A stretch of 64,000 nt of DNA from positions 64,001 to 128,000 of the IMG/VR virus record IMGVR_UViG_3300017971_000201; one strand, written 5' to 3'. Positions within the stretch are counted from its first letter, which is position 1. Each line of letters begins with the position of its first letter. The translations under genes and the position numbers were made by a program. The notes under the pieces were generated by a model. That model saw only the letters and a list, made by a program, of their open reading frames with translations. It was not told where the DNA came from and did not search any database. Origin of the DNA: a virus. Shown here in pieces: positions 28,698 through 36,579 of this stretch.

Positions 28698-29148
28698 GGT
28701 TCACCTCCCGCCAGCTCTGCGAGTACTTCTCGGGCGCGTCCTCGTAGAGCCCCCTGGCCCAACCGCGCAGCTTCCTGGCCTTGACCGTGAACTTGACGAT
28801 CGGAGGAGGCCGCTTGCCGCCCCGCCGCTTCCTGTGCCGGAGCGGCTGCCGCTCACGCATGAACATCTCGCGCTCTCGCTGCTTCCCCCTGTGGGTCAGC
28901 TGAACGCGGCTCTCGTCCCGACCATGCGGCTTGATCCGGGCCTCGGAGCCGTCCCGCTTGGGTCCGGCCGTGAGCAGGCCCCACGTGACGACGTTGAACG
29001 CCTTGATGAAGTCGTCCTCGGTCGGATCGTTGCCAGACGCCTCACGCATGATGTGCGAGTACATCCCCGAGATCACCAGCGGCGGGAGGCTGTCAGGGTC
29101 TCGGATCGCGACGTAGGGGTCGAACTTCTTCTGCGGTTCGTGGGCCAT
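28690..29148 (-). CDS. Hypothetical basic protein
   Basis: 152-aa ORF coupled within the operon. Confidence 0.6.
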   Translation of the reverse strand: MAHEPQKKFDPYVAIRDPDSLPPLVISGMYSHIMREASGNDPTEDDFIKAFNVVTWGLLTAGPKRDGSEARIKPHGRDESRVQLTHRGKQREREMFMRERQPLRHRKRRGGKRPPPIVKFTVKARKLRGWARGLYEDAPEKYSQSWREVNRG

Positions 29149-29151
29149 CGG

Positions 29152-29988
29152 CTACCCGGTGATGATCGGAACGGCGCGCTTCCAGTTGAGGATGTCCTGG
29201 TTGAGCTTCTCGATGAGCGTCTCGGCGTTGGACATGAGGTCGGTGCCGTTCATGGTCCGGTCACCGGCGATCGACGGCCACGAGTCGACGGTCATGCGGA
29301 TGTTCCCCAGCGTGCCCATCGCCTCGGCCAGGAGTTTCCGGCGGAAGAAGCCGGACTCTTGCGGGTCGAGCTGGCGAGCATCGACGGTCCACGTGTGCAC
29401 GGTCACCAGCGCGGTGGTCAGCCCGGAGCTGACGGATGATGGTGGCGGCATGATCTCGAGAGTGCGCGTTTCCTTCGTCCACTCCCAGTCCCGGTCGGTC
29501 GAGAAGATCCGGCCAATCTCCTCGAGATACTGGAGACGCTGCACGAGGTCCGAGTAGGGCAGCGGCGCGACGTTCGGGTTCGTCCACTGGCCGAACAGGA
29601 GGCTGAAGTAGGTGTAGCTGAACTGGTCGGCGTCGAGCGTCGGCAGCTGGTAGTTCGGGTAGTCGACCCGGATCACCTCGATGACGTCGGGCGGCATGAG
29701 GTAAGAGGTCTGCCCGTTGGCCAAGGGAATCTGGAGCACCTTCTTGACACCGACTCGTTCAGCGTACCAGCGCCGGGTCTCGTCCATGCAGTCGTCGTAG
29801 TGCGTCTCGCCTGGCGGGAACGGCTGGTCGGTGAGCGGGTCGATGTCGCCGGGCGAGGTCAGCTCGATGTCGATGATGCCTCCGCCGAGCTTGCGAAGCA
29901 CCCATCGCCAGTGCTCCTCCTCGCTCTTCCCCTGGCCGGAGATCGCCGGGAGGTCATCTGGTGCAGGAGGCTCGGGCGCTACGGTCAT
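29152..29988 (-). CDS. Neck protein (gp13-like head-tail adaptor)
   Basis: LGG..IDIELT, LA.....LG.IR, T.NG..L...A..E.L; SD AGGAG before ATG 29988. Confidence 0.8.
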   Translation of the reverse strand: MTVAPEPPAPDDLPAISGQGKSEEEHWRWVLRKLGGGIIDIELTSPGDIDPLTDQPFPPGETHYDDCMDETRRWYAERVGVKKVLQIPLANGQTSYLMPPDVIEVIRVDYPNYQLPTLDADQFSYTYFSLLFGQWTNPNVAPLPYSDLVQRLQYLEEIGRIFSTDRDWEWTKETRTLEIMPPPSSVSSGLTTALVTVHTWTVDARQLDPQESGFFRRKLLAEAMGTLGNIRMTVDSWPSIAGDRTMNGTDLMSNAETLIEKLNQDILNWKRAVPIITG

Positions 29989-30052
29989 GGCTGCTCCTGG
30001 GTCCACCACCATCCTAACGTGCGGCGCAGAGCTAGACCACAGAGCTACTTAG

Positions 30053-30101
30053 GGAAAACCTGTGAGAACGGGCAGTGGGGTTGTTGAGAGGGTAGAAGGA
30101 G
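30053..30101 (+). promoter_or_regulatory. Bipartite motif GTGAGAAC-N10-GTTGTTGAGAGGGT plus SD (copy 1)
   Basis: Near-identical copy with the same spacing at 48291-48339; each heads a plus-strand island. Confidence 0.7.
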
Positions 30102-30106
30102 AGAAC

Positions 30107-30394
30107 ATGACCCTCACAGACCCCAACCTGATCGAGATCCGCGACCTGTGCGCGGACCTCGCAGACGACCGCACTGGGGCTGACTGCCACGGTCTCGTCT
30201 TTCACATCAACAGGTGGCTGTTCGTGGACAACCGGTGCGTTGGCAGGCTCTTTCTCCGCACCATCGGCCGCGCCGCCGCCAAGCACCGCTCGCGCACCTT
30301 CAAGCTGACCGGTCGCGTACCGGTCGCGGAGAGGATCGCCAAGGCTGCCCACAAGATCACCGAGGAGACCAAGGGGACGATCAGTGAAGGGTAA
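30107..30394 (+). CDS. Hypothetical protein
   Basis: SD AAGGAG, ATG 30107. Confidence 0.65.
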   Translation: MTLTDPNLIEIRDLCADLADDRTGADCHGLVFHINRWLFVDNRCVGRLFLRTIGRAAAKHRSRTFKLTGRVPVAERIAKAAHKITEETKGTISEG

Positions 30395-30587
30395 GAGGGC
30401 AAGCTACCACGAGGCAGTCGCCTGGATCAGCCACAACGACGAGGCTGGCAGCGACGACGCCCTCAACATGGAGTGGGTCTCATGCTACGTGACGGTCTGC
30501 TTGATCGCCGACATCTTCGGTAAGACGTCAGAGGAGGTCGCGAAGGCCGTGATCCGTCACCGCAAGAAGTGGAAGGCGAATGACTGA
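30384..30587 (+). CDS. Hypothetical protein (67 aa)
   Basis: Overlaps both neighbours; GC3-rich codons. Confidence 0.65.
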   Translation: MKGKRASYHEAVAWISHNDEAGSDDALNMEWVSCYVTVCLIADIFGKTSEEVAKAVIRHRKKWKAND

Positions 30588-31233
30588 CCGAGACATCCTG
30601 AAGACGATCCGCTCGGCAAGGAAGTGGATCGCCCACTACAAGCCGTTCCACAAGGAGCCGAGCTGCGCGAAGAAGCTGCGCTCGTGGCGGCGTAGGCTGA
30701 GGATCACGCTGGCCGAGGCCGATGCCCGCCAGCTCGACGTACCTCCCGACCCCTACGCTCCACCACCGCCTCCGCCACCTCCGCCGCCGCCCCCCACGGA
30801 GGAAGAGATCAAGGCGAAGCACCTGGCCGAGCTGCGCGGCACCCGCTTCCTGGCCGACTGGTCGGTCTGCAAGGGGACGACCGCCTGGGCCGCCTGGGGC
30901 AGCTCCGGCTGGTCGGCCGTCACGATCATCACCCCGGCCCGCGTCTGGGCCACGGCGAAGCGCGTAGACGCCCGATCTGGCGAGCCCGTGACCAAGAAGA
31001 CGGCCCACGTGCGAATGGACCGCCTGGTGCGCCGAGACGCGTCCCTGGGCGGCAAGGACAAGCCGGCCCTGCTCCCGAGCGAGGTCTTCCCGGAGGAGGA
31101 AGACGAGGAGACCGAGCCGGCCGAACCCGAGCCCATCGATGAGCGGGACCCGGAGGTTACCGAGGCCGTGCAGAAGCGTCTGCCGGCACTGCTCGACATG
31201 ATCGACGACGACGCGACGGTCGACGACTGGTAG
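30580..31233 (+). CDS. Hypothetical protein with poly-Pro linker
   Basis: 217-aa ORF. Confidence 0.7.
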   Translation: MTDRDILKTIRSARKWIAHYKPFHKEPSCAKKLRSWRRRLRITLAEADARQLDVPPDPYAPPPPPPPPPPPPTEEEIKAKHLAELRGTRFLADWSVCKGTTAWAAWGSSGWSAVTIITPARVWATAKRVDARSGEPVTKKTAHVRMDRLVRRDASLGGKDKPALLPSEVFPEEEDEETEPAEPEPIDERDPEVTEAVQKRLPALLDMIDDDATVDDW

Positions 31234-31596
31234 TTAGCAGTCCGCGAGTCGACCGAGCCCGGTCACCGGGTCAGTGATCTCTAGTTCATAAAACGGCACG
31301 ATCGGGTCGCCGCCGCCGCGAACCCAACGGAGACGAGCGCAGATCATCTCGTCATCTTCGTTGAAGAAGATGTCCTCCACCTGTCCAAGACGGCCTGATC
31401 GGTCGGTCACCAGGTCGCCGGGATAGATGTGCTCGTGCTCGTGGGCACCGGTACCGCCGGTGGCCGCAGTCATGCGGTGCTGGCCGTCCATCAGCAGTCC
31501 ACCGGGAGTCATATGCGAGGAAGTCGACCAATTCCCCAGCTTGAGACGCTCCTTGTAGATGGCTACGACCAGTGGATGAGGCTCCCTGCTAGACAT
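31234..31596 (-). CDS. Small protein: DGQHR fragment, KOW/SH3-like part and peptide tag
   Basis: LMDGQHR; IYPGDLV.DRSG..GQV; ends DPVTGLGRLADC; SD GAGGAG. Confidence 0.65.
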   Translation of the reverse strand: MSSREPHPLVVAIYKERLKLGNWSTSSHMTPGGLLMDGQHRMTAATGGTGAHEHEHIYPGDLVTDRSGRLGQVEDIFFNEDDEMICARLRWVRGGGDPIVPFYELEITDPVTGLGRLADC

Positions 31597-31614
31597 TTGA
31601 TTCTCCTCGGGTCA

Positions 31615-31661
31615 GTTCTACCCGGGTCTTCCGACAGTCGGAGCTGAACCCTGGGTAGAAC
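31615..31661. promoter_or_regulatory. Back-to-back divergent GGGTAGAAC promoter pair
   Basis: GTTCTACCC 31615-31623 and GGGTAGAAC 31653-31661, each 6 nt from an SD or ATG. Confidence 0.7.
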
Positions 31662-31667
31662 GTCACC

Positions 31668-32597
31668 ATGAGCGAGCTGGAAATCGGTACCGAGGTCTAC
31701 TGGCACGACAAGAACGGCGTCCGCCAGCGCGGCCGGGTCTGCGCTGACGGCGCCTCTCAGGTGGTCCGGCCCTACGACGCGATCGGCCGGCTCCAGCTCG
31801 AGAAGCACGTGCCCGTCAGCCCGCTCATGAAACTCGCGTCAGGTGTCGATCAGCTGGCGGAACTGGCTCCGATCGTCATGCACCTGTCCCACCTGATCGA
31901 GCAGTACGAGGGTGGCCGTGGCGCCCCCAAGTCGACCTACTGCGGCGACTGGAAGATCGACATCAGCACCAGGCCGTGGACGCTCCACAGTCCGAAGACC
32001 ACCGTGGACCCGGTTCGCGTGCACCAGCGCGGGCTCTGCTCCGACGAGCTGTGGAAGAATCTGATCGAGGACACCGCGCTGGCCCTGGACCGCAGCGACC
32101 GCAGCGAGCCGCTCGCGGACCGCGAGCTGCCGGACGAAGCCTACGAGAAGGCCGCCGAGCTGAAGCTGTGCCGTCGCTGCTTCCGCGCGGCGGTGATGGA
32201 GCGCACGTGGCCGCTCGAGCCGGCGCGGCTGTCCGAGGAGGCGCTACGCGAGTTCGTGCTCGGCTTCCTCGACGGCAGCGTCTACTCGGATCGGCACATT
32301 CCGTCCTGGGAGATGGTGGCTCGGGCTGAATCCCCAGAAGAGATCCAGCGCGCGCAGGAGCGGTGGGGACGGGACACCTCGATGGTCTTCATGTGCCTGA
32401 TGCTCGGTCCGCCGCCGCCGAAGGACTACGCGGAGAAGGTCGCGGTCGTGTGGGAGTGGTTCAGCAAGGCCGGCCCGCGCTCGATCAACGGAATGCCGGG
32501 GTTCTTCTCGCACCACTTCATGCACATCGACGACTGGAAGCGCGCGGCTCCCGCGATCGACCGGGAGCTGGAGCGCCGGCGGGAGTTCGAGATCTAG
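31668..32597 (+). CDS. Hypothetical protein (309 aa) immediately upstream of cas12
   Basis: ATG 6 nt after TAGAAC; SH3-like N-terminus, CRRC, C-terminal KAGPRSINGMP.F domain. Confidence 0.75.
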   Translation: MSELEIGTEVYWHDKNGVRQRGRVCADGASQVVRPYDAIGRLQLEKHVPVSPLMKLASGVDQLAELAPIVMHLSHLIEQYEGGRGAPKSTYCGDWKIDISTRPWTLHSPKTTVDPVRVHQRGLCSDELWKNLIEDTALALDRSDRSEPLADRELPDEAYEKAAELKLCRRCFRAAVMERTWPLEPARLSEEALREFVLGFLDGSVYSDRHIPSWEMVARAESPEEIQRAQERWGRDTSMVFMCLMLGPPPPKDYAEKVAVVWEWFSKAGPRSINGMPGFFSHHFMHIDDWKRAAPAIDRELERRREFEI

Positions 32598-32604
32598 GAG
32601 AGCC

Positions 32605-32613
32605 GGGTAGAAC
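32605..32613 (+). promoter_or_regulatory. GGGTAGAAC putative -10 element for cas12m and the array
   Basis: Same motif as about 9 other gene starts; followed by SD AGGAGG and GTG 32638. Confidence 0.6.
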
Positions 32614-32637
32614 GTCGATGCGACCAGGAGGCGAAGC

Positions 32638-34602
32638 GTGGGAGCAGCGCGAAGACGAAACCCCAAGGTAGCCGCAGCCAGGAAAGGGAAGCCGCCGCCC
32701 AAGGCCACCGGCAACTGCCGGAACTACAGGTACGGCGCGCACGAGCCGATCGCCAATCTGGACAAGGTGCTCGATGAGATGCGCGGTGCTCACGACCTGC
32801 GCAACGTGCTGACGTGCATCAACCGAGCCCGAAGCGAGATGATCACGGCCGCGCTCGGCGAGCACCAGTCGTACAAGAAAGCCACTGCTGATCTGGCGGC
32901 TCTGCACCAGCGGCGCGACAAACTGGAGGCGCAGATCCGGCAACAGAACAGCGCCAGCCGCAAACGGCTGGGGCGACACTCCCCGCTGTCTTCGGAACTC
33001 GACACCGTTCGCAAGAGGATCGACGAGGGCAGGACCGCTCTCAAGAAACTCCGCAGGAAGCTCCTCAAGAAAGACCCCGCGCTGAAAGCGGTTGTCGAGG
33101 CCGCTGACGACATGGCGAAGAGGGAGACGACTCGCGCGGAAGATGCCTGCGGGCTCTACTGGTGCACCCGAAACGAGCAGACCGGCAAACGCGCCAAGCT
33201 GCGCCGCTTCAAGAAGTGGCGCGACAGCGAAGCGACCATCAGCGTTCAGATCCCAGGGGGGTTGACCGTTGAGCAGCTGCTTGGCGGCGAGAACAACCAA
33301 GCGCGCCTGGAGCTGCGCCCGGAAGGCGTATGGGTCCAGGGGGCGAGGAAGCGCAAGGTCGAGCCGGCCGAGGCCGCGAGGAACAAACTCAGACTCGACG
33401 AAGACGGCTACCCCATGCGCAAGCTGGGGACCGCCATCCTGCATCTCCGGTGCATGTCAGACGAGGACGGCAAGCCGATTTGGGCCGAGGTGCCGATCAC
33501 CTACCATCGCGAGATCCCCGCCGATGCCAAGATCAAGCGGTGCTACTTGCACCGATTCCGGGTCGGCAACCGCTACCACTGGTCTGTACGCTTCTCGCTG
33601 GAGCGGGGGAAGAAAGGCGACGACTCCTGGCTGCACCCGCGCGTCGCCACGACCGGCACGGCCGCGATCGACATCGGCTGGCGATGGTTCCCCGATCGCC
33701 TACGCGTCGCCGTGTGGGCCGGATCGGACGGAGCCGAGGGCGAGCTGTGCTTGCCCAAGTGGTGGCTGGACGAGATGTACTCCGTCCGGCTCGACCAGCG
33801 GGAGCGCGACGTGCTGTTCAACGAGATCGTATCCCTGGTCCTGCCGTGGTTCCGATCGCGGCGCGGGGAGCTGTCCGACTACGTCGTACAGGCGATCAAG
33901 ACGATGCACTCGTGGCGCGACAAGGGAAGGCTGGCCGCGCTCTCCATGCGCTGGCGCGATGATCTGGCCGCCGATCCGGGCGCCAACCCGGCTCACGTCG
34001 CCATGTCCATCCGCCTGGAGGAGTGGCGTAAGCGCGACAAGCACATCTGGTGCGAGGAGGTGAACCTCCGCAGCCAGCTCCAGGGCTCGCGCAAGGATCT
34101 CTACCGGCGATTTGCCGCGATGCTCACCAGCCGCTACGGCCGAATCGTGGTCGAGGAGTTTGACCTGAGTGCGGTCCAGAAGCTCCCGCCGGCCTCGATC
34201 GATGACGGCACCTACTCCAGGGTCAAGAGGCACAAGGGAGACGCGGCGTGCTCGCACCTGGTCGGCGCGCTCAAGGATGCGGCGCGGCAGCTGGACAAGA
34301 AGAACCCGAAGTGGACGACCAAGCGGTGCCACGTCTGCGGGAAGACCGAGAGGAAGTGGGAGAACCCCGGTGAGCTGGAGCACACGTGCAAGCACTGCGG
34401 AGTGCTCTGGGATCGGGACGTGAACGCGGCCCGGAACATTCTCGCCGCGAGCGGCGTGGCGGTTGACTGGACCCGGCCACCGCTCGCGCCAGCCGCCCGA
34501 ATGACTTATCCACAGGTAGAGAACCGCGAGATGCGTCGATCGCGGCGCAGGAAGGAGGCGCTCGAAACGACGCGTGCAAGCGGTGATCGACAGACGGCTT
34601 AG
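32638..34602 (+). CDS. cas12m: Type V CRISPR effector, Cas12m (V-U1/V-M)-like, 654 aa
   Basis: RuvC-I AIDIGWR (D345), RuvC-II IVVEE (E506), CxxC..CxxC, RuvC-III DRDVNAARNI (D594); long N-terminal coiled coil, GLYW, ISVQ, HR.IP.DA.I and LYR.FAA as recalled for Cas12m; array starts 10 nt after the stop. Confidence 0.85.
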   Translation: MGAARRRNPKVAAARKGKPPPKATGNCRNYRYGAHEPIANLDKVLDEMRGAHDLRNVLTCINRARSEMITAALGEHQSYKKATADLAALHQRRDKLEAQIRQQNSASRKRLGRHSPLSSELDTVRKRIDEGRTALKKLRRKLLKKDPALKAVVEAADDMAKRETTRAEDACGLYWCTRNEQTGKRAKLRRFKKWRDSEATISVQIPGGLTVEQLLGGENNQARLELRPEGVWVQGARKRKVEPAEAARNKLRLDEDGYPMRKLGTAILHLRCMSDEDGKPIWAEVPITYHREIPADAKIKRCYLHRFRVGNRYHWSVRFSLERGKKGDDSWLHPRVATTGTAAIDIGWRWFPDRLRVAVWAGSDGAEGELCLPKWWLDEMYSVRLDQRERDVLFNEIVSLVLPWFRSRRGELSDYVVQAIKTMHSWRDKGRLAALSMRWRDDLAADPGANPAHVAMSIRLEEWRKRDKHIWCEEVNLRSQLQGSRKDLYRRFAAMLTSRYGRIVVEEFDLSAVQKLPPASIDDGTYSRVKRHKGDAACSHLVGALKDAARQLDKKNPKWTTKRCHVCGKTERKWENPGELEHTCKHCGVLWDRDVNAARNILAASGVAVDWTRPPLAPAARMTYPQVENREMRRSRRRKEALETTRASGDRQTA

Positions 34603-34612
34603 GAGAGATGCT

Positions 34613-34999
34613 CTCGCGGTCCCATCGGAACGGGTTGTGGTTCCGACAACGTGGACTGGGAACGCTTCTACAGAGCCTTCGCTCTCGCGGTCCCATCGGA
34701 ACGGGTTGTGGTTCCGACACGCACCAGAGTCCCTTCCCGGCCCGCCGCGCTCCACTCGCGGTCCCATCGGAACGGGTTTGTGGTTCCGACACAGGTAAAT
34801 GCAGGTCCCCAGGTGCTTGTGGCTCGCGGTCCCATCGGAACGGGTTGTGGTTCCGACACAGGTAAATGCAGGTCCCCAGGTGCTTGTGGCTCGCGGTCCC
34901 ATCGGAACGGGTTGTGGTTCCGACGTAGCAGAAGTAGTCGCCGATCTCGACCTCCACCACGTCCTCGCGGTCCCATCGGAACGGGTTTGTGGTTCCGAC
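34613..34999 (+). CRISPR. CRISPR mini-array: 6 repeats CTCGCGGTCCCATCGGAACGGGTT(T)GTGGTTCCGAC, 5 spacers (36, 36, 32, 32, 39 nt)
   Basis: Repeats at 34613, 34684, 34755, 34823, 34890, 34964; 7-bp stem TCGGAAC/GTTCCGA; spacers 3 and 4 identical. Confidence 0.97.
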
Positions 35000-35011
35000 A
35001 GATTCATGTAG

Positions 35012-35052
35012 GCGGGCGGTAAGGCGGCTACCTCCGCATCGCCGCCGCCCGC
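35012..35052 (+). terminator. GC-rich hairpin after the last repeat (possible end of the array transcript)
   Basis: GCGGGCGG ... CCGCCCGC inverted repeat; no clear U-tract. Confidence 0.4.
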
Positions 35053-35075
35053 TTCGGAACCCGCGCCCTGATGCA

Positions 35076-35106
35076 GAAAGGGCGACGACCGAAGTCGCCG
35101 CCCCCT
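35076..35106 (-). terminator. Intrinsic terminator of the major capsid gene
   Basis: GGGCGGCGAC-TTCG-GTCGTCGCCC-TTTCT, about 30 nt after the stop. Confidence 0.85.
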
Positions 35107-35133
35107 CCGCTGACAGCTGGTCTAGCCCGAGGG

Positions 35134-36567
35134 CTAGAGCAAATTGTCCACTTCCACGCGCGCGAAGAACTCCGCCCGGGTGAGCGTGATCTTGTGGCGC
35201 GTACGGACCGCGCGACGGAGGCTCAGGTCATTCGGGTCGATGAAGTTCGGGGTGATCTCCATCGGGATGTACGGGCTGTAGATGAGCCCGGTGTCGAGGA
35301 TGCTCGGCCCCTGGTATCCCATGAGGATCTGGTTGGCCGGGAAGAGCGGATCGACGAAGATCAGCCACTTCCTCTTGAGCACGCCCTGCTTGAGGATCCC
35401 GCCCTGGTAGACGTGACCCTCCTCGACGGCCGAGAAGCCATCGATGTTGTCGAGGAGGCTGGCGACCTCCGACGACGTGATCGCCCAGTTGCAGGGCGCC
35501 CGCTGCGTGCGACGGTGCACGATGTGGGAGGCGCGGGACATGCGGATCACGAGCGACTTGAGGTGCTCGGGATCGCTGACGCCCGAGGGCGTCGCCCGGT
35601 CCCACTTGACGACGGCGATCGGCTCGACGGCGTTGAGCGCGGTACCCGCGATCTCGCGGTCGATCTCCGCCACCATCTCGTCGGACATCTGCGCGACCAG
35701 GTCGGCGTCGATGTCGCGACCCCACAGCGCGCGGAGGTCGTCCGCCGCCTCGACGCTGGCGAGGCTCTTGAGCTTGCGGCTCTCGGCCTCGATGCTCTTG
35801 ATCTGGATGTCCAGCTGGACCTCCGGGATCCGAGCGTTCAGCTCGTTGTCGTAGCGGTACTCGACCGTGATGACGTCACCGGACGCCGGCGCGGTGCCGA
35901 ACGTGAGCGACATCTGGCCCGACGCGTAGTTGACCGTGCCAGCGCCGCCGGCCATCAGCGTGCCGGCGACGACGGTGAACGCGCCCGCGCCGTTGTCGGT
36001 CGCGTTGACGGTACCGTTCACCTTCACGACGACGGTGGCCTGCCGGGGGCGGGGCCACGCGAGGTTGCGGGAGAAGACGACCGTGCCGCCGTCGCCGGTC
36101 CCGAACGGCTCGCCGTCCACGAAGTTGGAGCTGTACCACTTGTTCAGCACCTTGTTCATCTCGGTCATGGCGGCGACGGAACCCTTGTCCGACGCGTACC
36201 GTGGCCGGTAGAACGCGATGCCGCCGATCGGGCCGGTCATCGGCTGGACCGACGCGATCTGCGTCGCGACCAGGCGGATGGCGGTCCTGCGGATGACGGG
36301 CAGGACGTACTTCATGAACGGCCCGACCGAGAGAGCGCGAGTCTCCTCGTTGAGCCGCTTGAGGTGACGAACCTCCTGCTCGATCATCAGGGCCGTCAGA
36401 CCCCGCACGTAGTTGACGTGGGCCGGCGCGTAGCCCGGACCCATCTCCTCGTTGAGACCCCGGAGCATCTTGTGCCACTTGCGCACGTACCGGCTGACGG
36501 CCGGCTCGTCCGCGATGGCAGTCGACTCTCCGAGGTTCTCGGCTAACAGTCCTCGAGCCGTGAACAT
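35134..36567 (-). CDS. gp23: Major capsid protein (T4 gp23-like)
   Basis: P.IRR, SVQPMTGP.G, RKLK....EAA.DL.A.G.D, EIDREI, Y.PY.P; strong SD GAGGAGG. Confidence 0.96.
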   Translation of the reverse strand: MFTARGLLAENLGESTAIADEPAVSRYVRKWHKMLRGLNEEMGPGYAPAHVNYVRGLTALMIEQEVRHLKRLNEETRALSVGPFMKYVLPVIRRTAIRLVATQIASVQPMTGPIGGIAFYRPRYASDKGSVAAMTEMNKVLNKWYSSNFVDGEPFGTGDGGTVVFSRNLAWPRPRQATVVVKVNGTVNATDNGAGAFTVVAGTLMAGGAGTVNYASGQMSLTFGTAPASGDVITVEYRYDNELNARIPEVQLDIQIKSIEAESRKLKSLASVEAADDLRALWGRDIDADLVAQMSDEMVAEIDREIAGTALNAVEPIAVVKWDRATPSGVSDPEHLKSLVIRMSRASHIVHRRTQRAPCNWAITSSEVASLLDNIDGFSAVEEGHVYQGGILKQGVLKRKWLIFVDPLFPANQILMGYQGPSILDTGLIYSPYIPMEITPNFIDPNDLSLRRAVRTRHKITLTRAEFFARVEVDNLL

Positions 36568-36579
36568 CGGCTACCTCCT

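Noticed and set aside
31234-31596. DGQHR/ParB-like (DndB) enzyme
   Set aside because: Only the short motif is present in a 120-aa protein; the rest of the domain is missing
32638-34602. Calling the RuvC protein an IS200/IS605 or IS607 TnpB
   Set aside because: Much longer than typical TnpB, has Cas12m-type insertions and a true repeat-spacer array, and no tnpA is nearby
34574-35022. ORFs across the CRISPR array
   Set aside because: Translations of repeat-spacer units
35053-35065. TTCGGAACCCGCG after the array as a tracrRNA anti-repeat
   Set aside because: Only about 8 contiguous nt are complementary to the repeat, and Cas12m is not known to need a tracrRNA
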